A stretch of DNA of 64,000 nt. It comes from Bacillota bacterium (GTDB lineage: Bacteria > Bacillota > Clostridia > Lachnospirales > Lachnospiraceae). Of the stretch, positions 48,705-57,482 are shown one piece after another. A model generated the notes under the pieces. The model was not told the origin of the DNA and ran no database searches. It worked only from the letters and a program-made list of their open reading frames with translations. The position numbers and the translations under genes were made by a program. The stretch's first letter is position 1, and every line of letters starts with the position of its first letter. Where the stretch lies: assembly GCA_029224465.1 (NCBI GenBank), contig JAQXUQ010000020.1:30006-94005 (forward strand), read 5' to 3'.

Positions 48705-48767
48705 GCCTTGTGCCTCAAATCGCCCGATATTAACCATACTATTCCGCTATGAATTATGTTGAACAAA

Positions 48768-48796
48768 ACTATACAAGGTTTCCTCTCCGATGTCAA
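48768..48796 (-). promoter_or_regulatory. SigA promoter for the M20-C39-ABC cluster
   Basis: TTGACA-17 bp-TATAGT with TG extension on minus strand. Confidence 0.75.
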
Positions 48797-48843
48797 TAAA
48801 AAAGAACCGCGTCGAAACTCCGAATGAATTTCGATGCGGTTCT
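48797..48843 (-). terminator. Intrinsic terminator after tRNA-Ala
   Basis: Minus strand GAACCGCATCGAAA...TTTCGACGCGGTTC then TTTTTTA. Confidence 0.8.
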
Positions 48844-48853
48844 CAGATATAAA

Positions 48854-48926
48854 TGGAGTCGAGGGGATTCGAACCCCCGACCTCCGCGTTGCGAACGCGG
48901 CGCTCTCCCAACTGAGCTACGGCCCC
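48854..48926 (-). tRNA. tRNA-Ala, anticodon CGC; CCA not encoded
   Basis: GGGGCCGTAGCTCAGTTGGGAGAGCG-CCGCG-TTCGCAA-CGCGG-AGGTC-GGGGG-TTCGAAT-CCCCT-CGACTCCA; G3:U70 alanine identity pair. Confidence 0.95.
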
Positions 48927-48957
48927 GGGTACGTTCACGTAGAAATCGTACTTGATT

Positions 48958-48986
48958 ACTATACTCCCGTAAGGCCGTTATGGCAA
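48958..48986 (-). promoter_or_regulatory. SigA promoter for tRNA-Ala
   Basis: TTGCCA-17 bp-TATAGT on minus strand. Confidence 0.65.
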
Positions 48987-49006
48987 CTGTTTTTTCAAAA
49001 AAATAA

Positions 49007-49561
49007 TCAGATTCCCTGATTCTCAAATGCCGGCTTCATGGTCTTCTGAATTGCCTCCAATACCATATAAATCACCAGTATATCCACCGGCAGCTGCAGG
49101 ACATTCGAAATGATCCTCGCCGGCAGAATCGCCAGAATCGCCTTATGATACAGAATGTTCAGCCAGACAGTGTTCAGGCCGATATTCACGAAGATCTTGA
49201 CGAAAATCTCGGCGGCGACAAGGCGTTTCAGCGAGAGTTTCCTGCCGTAAAGGAAGCAGCCGAAAATCACACCCCCCGCCACTGCGCTGATTGTAAATCC
49301 CGGAAAAAAGGGGCCGGTCGGATTCGCCAGATATTTAAGGATATCCATGACACCGGCAAATATGCCGCCGACCGCTGGTCCGAACAGAAAATCAATTACC
49401 AGATTCGGGAGCTCCACAATGCCGATCTTCACAAACGGGCCAAAAGAAATCGATCCGACGAATTCGAGCGCAATCGACAGGGCGCCCATGATGCCGCACA
49501 GGACGACAACCCGGAGTCTTCGAAGTTCTGCAAGAGAACGGGTCCAGATATTTAAAGACAT
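49007..49561 (-). CDS. folT: Folate-family ECF transporter S component
   Basis: IDFLFGPAVGG..AGVMDIL, GPFFPGFT, GLNTVWL, LPARII; preceded by a THF riboswitch. Confidence 0.92.
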   Translation of the reverse strand: MSLNIWTRSLAELRRLRVVVLCGIMGALSIALEFVGSISFGPFVKIGIVELPNLVIDFLFGPAVGGIFAGVMDILKYLANPTGPFFPGFTISAVAGGVIFGCFLYGRKLSLKRLVAAEIFVKIFVNIGLNTVWLNILYHKAILAILPARIISNVLQLPVDILVIYMVLEAIQKTMKPAFENQGI

Positions 49562-49623
49562 AATAATACCTCCTATGAAGTTATCCGTAACCACATAAGA
49601 GGCAGAAAGACGTGCATTATGCA

Positions 49624-49717
49624 GCAGCGGGATGCGATCCCGGCACCGCGGTCTTCCCTTCGTCCGGCTGACAACTCCCTGTTCAGCCGGCACTTGACGC
49701 GCCGGAATCTACTCTGC
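49624..49717 (-). ncRNA. THF riboswitch aptamer
   Basis: Minus strand GCAGAGTAG...GCGTCAAGTG-CCGGCTGA..GGGAGTTG-TCAGCCGG-ACGAAG...GCGGT...CGCATCCCGCTGC matches the recalled THF riboswitch layout; upstream of folT. Confidence 0.85.
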
Positions 49718-49765
49718 AAGTTTGCACCATTGTAACGGATTGTTCTGTGAAACGCAAGAGGTTAT

Positions 49766-49987
49766 TTATTCGCCGCCAAGCATCGAATAGATGTCCGCGG
49801 CAATTCTGCACCGGTCCGGCATTTTTGAGCCGTCTGTAAGATCTCCTTCGAGTTCCACGTCAAAACAGCGGTCAGCCATCTCCAGCAAAAAGTCTTCCTC
49901 CATCTGCCCGATTTCGCCCGCAAGCTCCTCCGGCTTATATCCCAGAACCTTTATCAGAAACTTTTTCTGTTCATCTGTAAACGTCAC
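49766..49987 (-). CDS. Small acidic hypothetical protein (73 aa, GTG start)
   Basis: RBS AAAGGAG before GTG 49987; protein-like helical composition; the track's longer start overlaps the ftsZ terminator. Confidence 0.65.
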   Translation of the reverse strand: MTFTDEQKKFLIKVLGYKPEELAGEIGQMEEDFLLEMADRCFDVELEGDLTDGSKMPDRCRIAADIYSMLGGE

Positions 49988-50023
49988 AGTCTGCTCCTTT
50001 GTATACCTGTCTTCCGCCCGGTC

Positions 50024-50059
50024 AAAAATGCCCTGTGCCGGCATCCCGGCACAGGGCAT
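50024..50059 (-). terminator. Intrinsic terminator after ftsZ
   Basis: Minus strand ATGCCCTGTGCCG...CGGCACAGGGCAT then TTTT. Confidence 0.8.
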
Positions 50060-50076
50060 CATCTTTTATCTTTTAT

Positions 50077-51504
50077 TCAGTCGAGCGTATCGTCTCCGTC
50101 GTCGTCTTTCTTCTTCTGCAGGAAAGAAGGGATGTTGATATTGGACGTATCCGTAGAAGGCGTGTGAATACTTCCCGGATTGAAACGGCGGGGCTGCTGT
50201 GTGTAAGCGCTATCCTGCTTCGGTGCGTAGTTTCCCGAAGGCTGCGCATAATTCTGCGGCTGTGAATACCCTTGCGGCTGTGCATAAGAAGACTGCTGCG
50301 AATAGGAAGCCTGGGAATAATTCTGGGCAGACTGATAATTCTGCTGATTATAAGAAGGCCTTGCCTGATAATTCGGACGGCTGTAATCCGGAGCCTGCTG
50401 ATAGCTGTTCTGTCCGAAGGACTGCTGCGGCTGATAAGCTCCCTGCTGGCCGAAAACATTACGGCCGAATCCCTGCTGCGGACGGCCTGCCTGCGGATTG
50501 AACGGCTGGGAAGCAAACGGATTTCCCTGATGAGCCTTGTCCTTGGCGTTCGGGTTTGTTCCGATACCAGTCGCGATGACCGTAACCATACAGGAGTCCG
50601 TCTCGGACTCGTCATATTTGGCTCCGAAAATGACATTGATGTCGTCACCGGTCTGCTCACGAATATACGCGGCTGCGTCATTCGCGTCGAACAGCGAAAT
50701 ATCACCGGAGACATTCAGGATGACATCGGTAGCACCGTTGATCGATGTTTCCAGAAGCGGAGATTCAACCGCCATCTTGACAGCCTGGGTCGCCTTGTCA
50801 TCACCCTTGCCGTATCCGATGCCGACATGCGCAATGCCTTTGCCGCGCATAACCGTCTGTACATCCGCAAAGTCAAGATTGATGATCGCGGGCAGATTGA
50901 TCAGATCTGTAATTCCCTGTACAGCCTGCTGCAGGACTTCGTCCGCTTTCTTCAGAGCATCCGGAAGCGTTGTTCTGCGGTCCATGATCTCCAGCAGCTT
51001 GTCATTCGGGATCACAATCAGTGTATCAACATTGGGTTTGAGGTTTTCAATTCCGCCAAGAGCCTTGGTCATACGCGCCTTGGCCTCAAAGCTGAACGGT
51101 TTCGTAACGACGCCGACCGTCAAAATGCCCTGATCCTTCGCGAGCTTCGCCACAACCGGCGCAGCACCGGTTCCTGTTCCGCCGCCCATGCCACAGGTTA
51201 CAAAAACCATATCCGCGCCTTTAATCGCGGCGGAAAGCTCTTCCGCACTCTCCTCAGCGGCTTTCTTACCGACCTCGGGATTCGCGCCCGCGCCAAGACC
51301 TCTCGTCAGTTTCGCGCCGATCTGAATCAGCTTCGGCGCCTTGCAGCGCTGCAATGCCTGCAGGTCCGAGTTCACGCCGATGAACTCAACACCTGTGATT
51401 CCCTCTTCAACCATCCGGTTTACCGCATTGTTACCGGCGCCGCCGACACCTACAACAATGATCTTGCAGGCTGTTTCGTTCTCATCTGTCTTGATTTCTA
51501 GCAC
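50077..51504 (-). CDS. ftsZ: Cell division protein FtsZ with long Q/Y/S/N-rich linker
   Basis: [19 protein letters not shown], tubulin signature [16 protein letters not shown]-terminal INIPSFL. Confidence 0.99.
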   Translation of the reverse strand: MLEIKTDENETACKIIVVGVGGAGNNAVNRMVEEGITGVEFIGVNSDLQALQRCKAPKLIQIGAKLTRGLGAGANPEVGKKAAEESAEELSAAIKGADMVFVTCGMGGGTGTGAAPVVAKLAKDQGILTVGVVTKPFSFEAKARMTKALGGIENLKPNVDTLIVIPNDKLLEIMDRRTTLPDALKKADEVLQQAVQGITDLINLPAIINLDFADVQTVMRGKGIAHVGIGYGKGDDKATQAVKMAVESPLLETSINGATDVILNVSGDISLFDANDAAAYIREQTGDDINVIFGAKYDESETDSCMVTVIATGIGTNPNAKDKAHQGNPFASQPFNPQAGRPQQGFGRNVFGQQGAYQPQQSFGQNSYQQAPDYSRPNYQARPSYNQQNYQSAQNYSQASYSQQSSYAQPQGYSQPQNYAQPSGNYAPKQDSAYTQQPRRFNPGSIHTPSTDTSNINIPSFLQKKKDDDGDDTLD

Positions 51505-51573
51505 AGTCGTGCCTCCTCTTATATAAATTAAATTTGATTTAATTTCTCTGAAATTATGTACTTATACTAGTTT

Positions 51574-51602
51574 ATAATACAATTTCAAAGATAATATTGC
51601 AA
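51574..51602 (-). promoter_or_regulatory. Internal SigA promoter for ftsZ
   Basis: TTGCAA-17 bp-TG-extended TATTAT on minus strand within an AT-rich intergenic region. Confidence 0.6.
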
Positions 51603-51637
51603 CCAGTTTTGACCGCGGGAGTCTCCCCTGCAGATGG

Positions 51638-52414
51638 TCACGATTCCTTTTCCCGGAACGTAATGTAGCTTGTATCCGGCGTATAGTTGACAAGATCAAC
51701 CGTTCCCTTTTTGTTTTTCAGAGACGGAAGAATCTTGCGAAGATTGGAGATTTTTTCGTCTGTATATTGATCTTCTCCGAGGTCCGCGCGGACATCTCCG
51801 AAATAAAGAGACATGCTGCTTGTCGTGCTGAAGTAAATTTTATCCGCGCTCAGTCCGTATTTGGAAAGCAGCTGGGTAACAGTCAGAATTCTGTCAAAGA
51901 CCGCGTCGTTCTCCGCGGGAAGCTTCTTGTATAAGACAATACTCTGGAACTTGAGTCCGGTTACTTCCGGAACGCCCTTAAGCTTCTCCTTCGACGATTC
52001 CACAACGATGCCGTCGCGGTCAAAATACATGCAGGTACCAAGATAATCAACATAGCCGGCTATTGTTTTTTCGTAGACACGGATTCTGATCGAATCGTGT
52101 GCAACAACCTGCACTTTCATCGTTTCAATGAACGGTATATTCCGGATCGGTTTATCCCTGTACCGAAGAGACAACAGGACCGAGTTATCACCGAGAGGCC
52201 CTGTCATTACCATCGAGCTGATCTCGTCTTTCGTGTATCTGGAACTGCCTTCCACCGTAACGCTCCGGACTTTGAAGTAAGCCACAAAAAAAGCTGCCGC
52301 GGCGGATAGAATCAGCAGAATGACCACTGCGCGGATCGCTGCCATCCGCCGTCTGTGCCGGATCTGTGCCCTGACATATTCTCTGGCGTCGCTGTATTGT
52401 TCCCTGTCTATCAT
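51638..52414 (-). CDS. ftsQ: Cell division protein FtsQ/DivIB
   Basis: Basic N-terminus, single TM, POTRA-like VTVEGSSRYT...IRIRVYEK; located between ftsW and ftsZ. Confidence 0.85.
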   Translation of the reverse strand: MIDREQYSDAREYVRAQIRHRRRMAAIRAVVILLILSAAAAFFVAYFKVRSVTVEGSSRYTKDEISSMVMTGPLGDNSVLLSLRYRDKPIRNIPFIETMKVQVVAHDSIRIRVYEKTIAGYVDYLGTCMYFDRDGIVVESSKEKLKGVPEVTGLKFQSIVLYKKLPAENDAVFDRILTVTQLLSKYGLSADKIYFSTTSSMSLYFGDVRADLGEDQYTDEKISNLRKILPSLKNKKGTVDLVNYTPDTSYITFREKES

Positions 52415-52420
52415 CGCCCG

Positions 52421-53704
52421 CTAGCTCTCCTGCCGTATATCCCGCATAACGCGGAGCACAACGCCGACTTCGATCAGAAGAAACAGAACCGAAGAACCGC
52501 CAAAACTTATGAACGGAAGGGAAATACCGGTATTCGGTATGGTATTGGTAACAACCGCAATATTCAGAATCACCTGCACCGCGATATGCGTCATGACTCC
52601 GACAACGAGCAGGGAAGAGTACAGATCCCGCGCGTTCATCGCGATTACCATAAACCGCCATGTCAGAATCATGAAAAGCACAATGATCGATATCGCGCCG
52701 AAAAGCCCCAGCTCTTCACAGATAATCGAAAAAATCATATCGTTCTGCGCTTCCGGTATGAAGCCGAGCTTCTGCATGCTCTCGCCAAGGCCCTTGCCGA
52801 AAATGCCGCCGGAGCCGATACCATACAGTGCCTGTAATGTCTGAAAACCGATGCCGTCCGCATACGCCGCAGGGTCCCGCCACGCCAGAATACGCTTGCC
52901 ACGGAAGTTTCCGTTTCCGCCGTTTTTAAGAATCCATGTGACGATCGCATACGCAGCGGCGCCGATGCCGGCAGCTCCCAGCACAAACCATTTGTAGCCG
53001 CGGCTGGCGACAAAGATCATGCCGGCCGCAATCGCAACGACGATGATCGCCGAACTCAGGTTCTTTGTAATGACATAAATTGCCGCCGCCTGCGCGAGTG
53101 ACGGCAGCATCACCATGATCAGTCCCCGGAGCGTACGGAGTTTTCTTCTGTCCATCCGGCAGATGATGTGCGCCGTGATCACTATGACCGCGATCTTGGA
53201 GATTTCCGCCGGCTGCAGGGAAACAGGACCGATATAGATCCAGCGCTTCGCGCCGTTTCTCTCGGTTCCGATAAATTTGACCAGAATAACTAACAGCAGG
53301 GAGACACCATAAATCACCTGATACAGTCTGTCGTAAAGGTGTACCGGAATCCTAGTCGTGATCAGCATTAAAAATAATCCGAGCGCCGTTGCCATCGCCT
53401 GACTGCGCAGATAGTGCATCGAATCCCCGTTGAAGTCGATCGCCGCCTCATAGGAGCTGGTCGAATACAGAATAACAAGGCCTGTCAGGATCAGAAAAAG
53501 AATAATGAAGAGAATGCTGTAATCCTGCGGTACCTCCTGCCTGCGCGTGGCTTTTGCCCTGCCGCTTCTGCGCACCGTCCTTTGCCCTTGCATCGCAGCG
53601 GGCGCATTGTGCGGGCCTGTCCCCCTGTTCTCCGGAGACGGCCTGCGGTTGTTATGACGTGGCCTGTAAGAGTCCGTATTTGTGCGTGCGCCAGAATTTG
53701 CCAT
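52421..53704 (-). CDS. ftsW: SEDS peptidoglycan polymerase FtsW
   Basis: NGAKRWI, QPAEISK, GKGLGESMQK..FIPEAQNDMIF..EELG, NTGISLPFISFGGSS. Confidence 0.95.
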   Translation of the reverse strand: MANSGARTNTDSYRPRHNNRRPSPENRGTGPHNAPAAMQGQRTVRRSGRAKATRRQEVPQDYSILFIILFLILTGLVILYSTSSYEAAIDFNGDSMHYLRSQAMATALGLFLMLITTRIPVHLYDRLYQVIYGVSLLLVILVKFIGTERNGAKRWIYIGPVSLQPAEISKIAVIVITAHIICRMDRRKLRTLRGLIMVMLPSLAQAAAIYVITKNLSSAIIVVAIAAGMIFVASRGYKWFVLGAAGIGAAAYAIVTWILKNGGNGNFRGKRILAWRDPAAYADGIGFQTLQALYGIGSGGIFGKGLGESMQKLGFIPEAQNDMIFSIICEELGLFGAISIIVLFMILTWRFMVIAMNARDLYSSLLVVGVMTHIAVQVILNIAVVTNTIPNTGISLPFISFGGSSVLFLLIEVGVVLRVMRDIRQES

Positions 53705-53709
53705 TCTTC

Positions 53710-54699
53710 TTACCAGATCGCAAGCAGGGAGACGGCACCGGCAACAGCCGTAATCGCGGTAAAGAGCGCGGTAACCCGCACTTCACTCCAGCCGCCCAGT
53801 TCCAGATGATGATGAAACGGCGTCATCCGGAAAACTCTTCTTCCCTCGCCGTACTTGCGTTTCGTATATTTGAACCATCCGACCTGTATCATGACCGTGA
53901 CCGACTCCAGAAGATAGATGAAGCCGATCATCGGTATAAATAAAGGCAGCTGCATGACATAAGCAATGCCAACGATAAAACCGCCGAGAGCAAGAGATCC
54001 GGTGTCTCCCATAAATACCTTGGCAGGATACGCATTATAAATCAGAAACCCGAGAAGCGCGCCTGTCATTGCGCCGGAAGCGGCACTGACATTGTTGTGC
54101 TGCAAAACAGCTATGATCGTGAAAACAAGAGAGGCCACGATCGTCACGCTGCCGCAGAGTCCGTCGACACCGTCGGTCAGATTGGTTCCGTTCACCGTCG
54201 CGACCGCGATGAAAATCAGCGCCGGCAGTCCGAACCAGCCAAGATGCAGCACTGCGCCTCTTCCGAACGGAAGGATCATGTCCAAGGAAATTTCATTAAA
54301 ATACATCAGAATCAGTCCGAAGACAAGCGAAATCAGAATCTGAAACGCCATTTTCTGCCGGACAGTCAGACCTTCCGAACGCTTCTTCGTAACCTTGATA
54401 AAGTCATCCACAAAACCTACGAGGCCGAAGCCCAGAGTCATAAAGACAACCGGCAGGATTCTGGTATCCTTCACCGCGAAGATAAGTCCCGTAACCGTAA
54501 AAGCGGCTATAATCATCAGACCGCCCATGTTCGGTGTACCACTTTTACCGAGGTGTGACTGCGGTCCCTCTCCGCGCTCTGTCTGCTGGACCTTGAGCCT
54601 TCGCAGCTGCGGAATCAGGAAGTGCCCTGTGACTGTGCTGATCGCGAATGCCAGCAGCATCGGCAGCACCGTATTCAGTATATCCGAAAAATAGATCAT
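53710..54699 (-). CDS. mraY: Phospho-MurNAc-pentapeptide transferase
   Basis: KSGTPNMGG, GFVDD, NGTNLTDGVDGL, NAYPAKVFMGDTGS, MTPFHHH. Confidence 0.98.
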   Translation of the reverse strand: MIYFSDILNTVLPMLLAFAISTVTGHFLIPQLRRLKVQQTERGEGPQSHLGKSGTPNMGGLMIIAAFTVTGLIFAVKDTRILPVVFMTLGFGLVGFVDDFIKVTKKRSEGLTVRQKMAFQILISLVFGLILMYFNEISLDMILPFGRGAVLHLGWFGLPALIFIAVATVNGTNLTDGVDGLCGSVTIVASLVFTIIAVLQHNNVSAASGAMTGALLGFLIYNAYPAKVFMGDTGSLALGGFIVGIAYVMQLPLFIPMIGFIYLLESVTVMIQVGWFKYTKRKYGEGRRVFRMTPFHHHLELGGWSEVRVTALFTAITAVAGAVSLLAIW

Positions 54700-54719
54700 G
54701 ATTTCTGTACCTGTCTGTA

Positions 54720-57458
54720 TCAGTTTCCTGCAGCAGCGGCTTCCCCGCCGGCGTTCTCCTGCTGCGCACCTGTTCCGGCTGCCGCGCCGCCCTGCTGCGT
54801 ACCTGTGCCGGCTGCTGCGCCTTCGCCCTGCTGTGTGCCCGTGCCGGCCGCTGCGCCGCCGCCCTGCTGTGTGCCCGTGCCGGTACCGCCGGCAGCATTC
54901 GTATCCGATGTATCCGTGCCCTGCATATCCGGCATCGTAGTATCACTATAAACATATCCGGTGTCCGGGTCAATCAGCTTTCCGGTTTCAGGATCAATAT
55001 AATTGCCGGTTTTCGGATCTTTTTCAAATGTCTTGTAGTTTTCCGCAGTTCTTGCCGGAGCGTCAGGAACACCGTCGCCGTTCGTATCGACCGCCGCGAT
55101 CTTTGTAATATTGGTCGTTCCCTCTTTAGGCTGCGTTGAATCGCAGACACCGTCATTGTCGGTATCGAACATATCGGCTACGCCATCGCCGTCGGTATCA
55201 CAGGAATCTGTGATGCCGTCGCCGTTGGAATCCATCGGCGTGTCCGGTTTGCCGTCATTGTTGGCGTCAACCGCATCCGGCTTTCCGTCGCCGTCTGTAT
55301 CGAGATTGTCTATGATTGCCTTTGGCCTGCTTGTGAAATTATCCGCGCTGTATGCCAGCGTGTTCTCTTCGTTCAGCTCCTTCAGCTCTTCCGCTTCCTC
55401 GTCCGATAACGGTTCGGTCATATAGATATTCAGATATGGAAGCACTTCCGTCAGGACCTTGCGCACGATTCTGGTCGCGTACTTCGCGTCGTCCTGCGGA
55501 TAATGATTCGCTCTGTCAACAACGACATAGATCGCGATCTGCGGATCGTCCTGCGGCGCGTAACCCATGAAGGAAACAACATACTGGCCATTGCCTCTGG
55601 GGAAGGTTTCGGCTGTGCCTGTTTTGCCGCCGATCATGTAGCCGGCAGGGCGCGCCGTGTGTCCCGTGCCGTTCTCTCCCGCGACAACGGCAAGTGTCGC
55701 TTCACGGATTTTTGCACTGGTCGATTCCGAAACAGTCTTCTTTAGCAGGCGGGGCTCGATATTCCGGACCGTAGCGCCGGACGGGCTCGTAATCTTCCGG
55801 ACAATATGCGGCTCATAATAATAACCGCCGTTGACCAGTGATGAGAACGCCGTTATCATCTGGATCATGGTGACGTCAAAGTTCTGGCCGAACGAATTGG
55901 TCGCGAGGTCGGAATTCGTCATCTTGTCTCTTTGAATCAGCAGTGTATCCGTTCTTGCCTCATCCGCGAGATCGATGTTCGTACGAAGTCCGAAACCGAA
56001 AATTCTCTGAAACTTTGTGAAATCGTCCATACCGGTCTGCTGCGCCATCTGCATCAGCGCAACGTTGCAGGAACGCTCGATCGCCTGATCCACGGTCAGA
56101 AGTCCGTCGCCGTCACGGTTATGACACTTGATGGTCCAGCCGTCTACCTTCAGGCTTCCGCCGCAGTAATACGTTTCATCTCCGGTCATCTTGCCGGACT
56201 CAAGCCCTGCCGCGAGCGTAAATGGCTTTGCGACAGACCCCGGCTCATAAAACGAGGAGATACAGAAATTGGTCCAGAGATAATTCAGATATCTGGATTT
56301 TTCCTCGTCGGTTCCCTTGTCAATCGCGTCCACATCCGCCTGCGTCAGGATCTCATCGGTCGGATTATCCTTATCATCCAGCTTCGGGAGTCCTACAAGC
56401 CTGGACGTATCGTAAGGATTCTGCAGGTCGAAGCCGGGATAGGCTGCCATTCCCAGAATCTCTCCGTTATTCACGTTCTGTATGATACAGCCGACATGTC
56501 TCGCACCGTAGCCTTCGTGCTCATCATTCTCATATTGCTTGCCAAATTCATTCAGATACTTCTCAATAATGGTCTGAATGTTCGCGTCCAGTGTCAGCTG
56601 AAGATTGTCGCCGTCGGTGGCATCAATCACGGTTCTCTCCAGCGTGGAAGTATCATTCAGAAAGCCGTAGGAGCGGCCGGGCGTTCCGTTCAGCGTGTCG
56701 TTATAATATCCTTCTAAGCCAAAACTGCCCTGATTGCTGTTATTGGCAAATCCAAGCACATGCGCAGCGAGCGATCCGCCGGGATAGCTTCTGATATACG
56801 CCGGCTCGAAAACAATTCCCTGGATATTGTTCATCTCGGTTTGTTTTGCCAGTGCTTCCTTAAGCTGCGCCTCGAGATTGCTGATCTTGGATTCGTTCTT
56901 CTCGCTTTTGGCGGCTGTCAGATCCCTGCGTAGTTTTGTGACCTTCTTGCCGGCTTCCCCGATCTCATTCTCGAACGCCTGTTTGTCCGCATATGGCAGA
57001 TTCTTTTTTACGATATAATAGCGGCTGTCCGGATGGTCATCCACATATTTCTTTATCTCCGCCTTATCAAGACCGAGCTTCGTTACAGCATTCAGCGTCG
57101 GTTCGTAGTAAGAGCTCTCCTTCTTGTCATTCAAAGGTCCGTTATTGATTGCATGCGCGTCAATAACGACATTGTAGACAAGCTCGCTCGTCGCGAGGAC
57201 AGTTCCCTTGGCATCCGTGATTGTGCCGCGCTTGAACGGCAGCTCCCGGCTGTCATAGCGCTGCTGGGAAAGAATCTGCTTCGCGTACTCTTCACCGTTA
57301 TTACTGTTAATATAGAAAAGACGGACAATTAACGCAGCAAAAGCCAGCAGTACCAGAAGATAAAGTACCACCAGCTTTGTCTGCATAAACGATCTGAGCG
57401 CCTGTGTCCTTCCGGAGGAGACGCTATTTCTGCGTTTTGTATTGTTTTTGCGAGTCAT
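54720..57458 (-). CDS. ftsI: Class B penicillin-binding protein (FtsI-like) with extended repeat-rich C-terminus
   Basis: N-terminal TM, RGTITD, YEPGSVAK (SxxK), SCN (SxN), GKTGTAE (KTG); about 200-aa extra tail. Confidence 0.9.
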   Translation of the reverse strand: MTRKNNTKRRNSVSSGRTQALRSFMQTKLVVLYLLVLLAFAALIVRLFYINSNNGEEYAKQILSQQRYDSRELPFKRGTITDAKGTVLATSELVYNVVIDAHAINNGPLNDKKESSYYEPTLNAVTKLGLDKAEIKKYVDDHPDSRYYIVKKNLPYADKQAFENEIGEAGKKVTKLRRDLTAAKSEKNESKISNLEAQLKEALAKQTEMNNIQGIVFEPAYIRSYPGGSLAAHVLGFANNSNQGSFGLEGYYNDTLNGTPGRSYGFLNDTSTLERTVIDATDGDNLQLTLDANIQTIIEKYLNEFGKQYENDEHEGYGARHVGCIIQNVNNGEILGMAAYPGFDLQNPYDTSRLVGLPKLDDKDNPTDEILTQADVDAIDKGTDEEKSRYLNYLWTNFCISSFYEPGSVAKPFTLAAGLESGKMTGDETYYCGGSLKVDGWTIKCHNRDGDGLLTVDQAIERSCNVALMQMAQQTGMDDFTKFQRIFGFGLRTNIDLADEARTDTLLIQRDKMTNSDLATNSFGQNFDVTMIQMITAFSSLVNGGYYYEPHIVRKITSPSGATVRNIEPRLLKKTVSESTSAKIREATLAVVAGENGTGHTARPAGYMIGGKTGTAETFPRGNGQYVVSFMGYAPQDDPQIAIYVVVDRANHYPQDDAKYATRIVRKVLTEVLPYLNIYMTEPLSDEEAEELKELNEENTLAYSADNFTSRPKAIIDNLDTDGDGKPDAVDANNDGKPDTPMDSNGDGITDSCDTDGDGVADMFDTDNDGVCDSTQPKEGTTNITKIAAVDTNGDGVPDAPARTAENYKTFEKDPKTGNYIDPETGKLIDPDTGYVYSDTTMPDMQGTDTSDTNAAGGTGTGTQQGGGAAAGTGTQQGEGAAAGTGTQQGGAAAGTGAQQENAGGEAAAAGN
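54745..54890 (-). repeat. Four imperfect 33-36 bp tandem repeats encoding (A)GTGTQQG(G/E)GAAA
   Basis: Plus-strand unit ccctgctg[ct]g[ct][ga]cc[ct]gt[gt]ccgg recurs four times; translation GTGTQQGGGAAA GTGTQQGEGAAA GTGTQQGGAAA GTGAQQ. Confidence 0.9.
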
Positions 57459-57482
57459 GAACCGATTTTAATCCGTTTTCCG

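Noticed and set aside
48748-48765. ArgR box downstream of the M20 promoter (TATGAATTATG...)
   Set aside because: Only one half-site matches the consensus.
37597-48853. Genomic island integrated at the tRNA-Ala 3' end
   Set aside because: No integrase or mobility gene, I found no duplicate of the tRNA 3' end at the far side, and there is no evident change in composition.
54745-54890. CRISPR-like repeat array
   Set aside because: The repeats are contiguous, in frame inside the PBP gene, degenerate at wobble positions, and have no spacers or cas genes.
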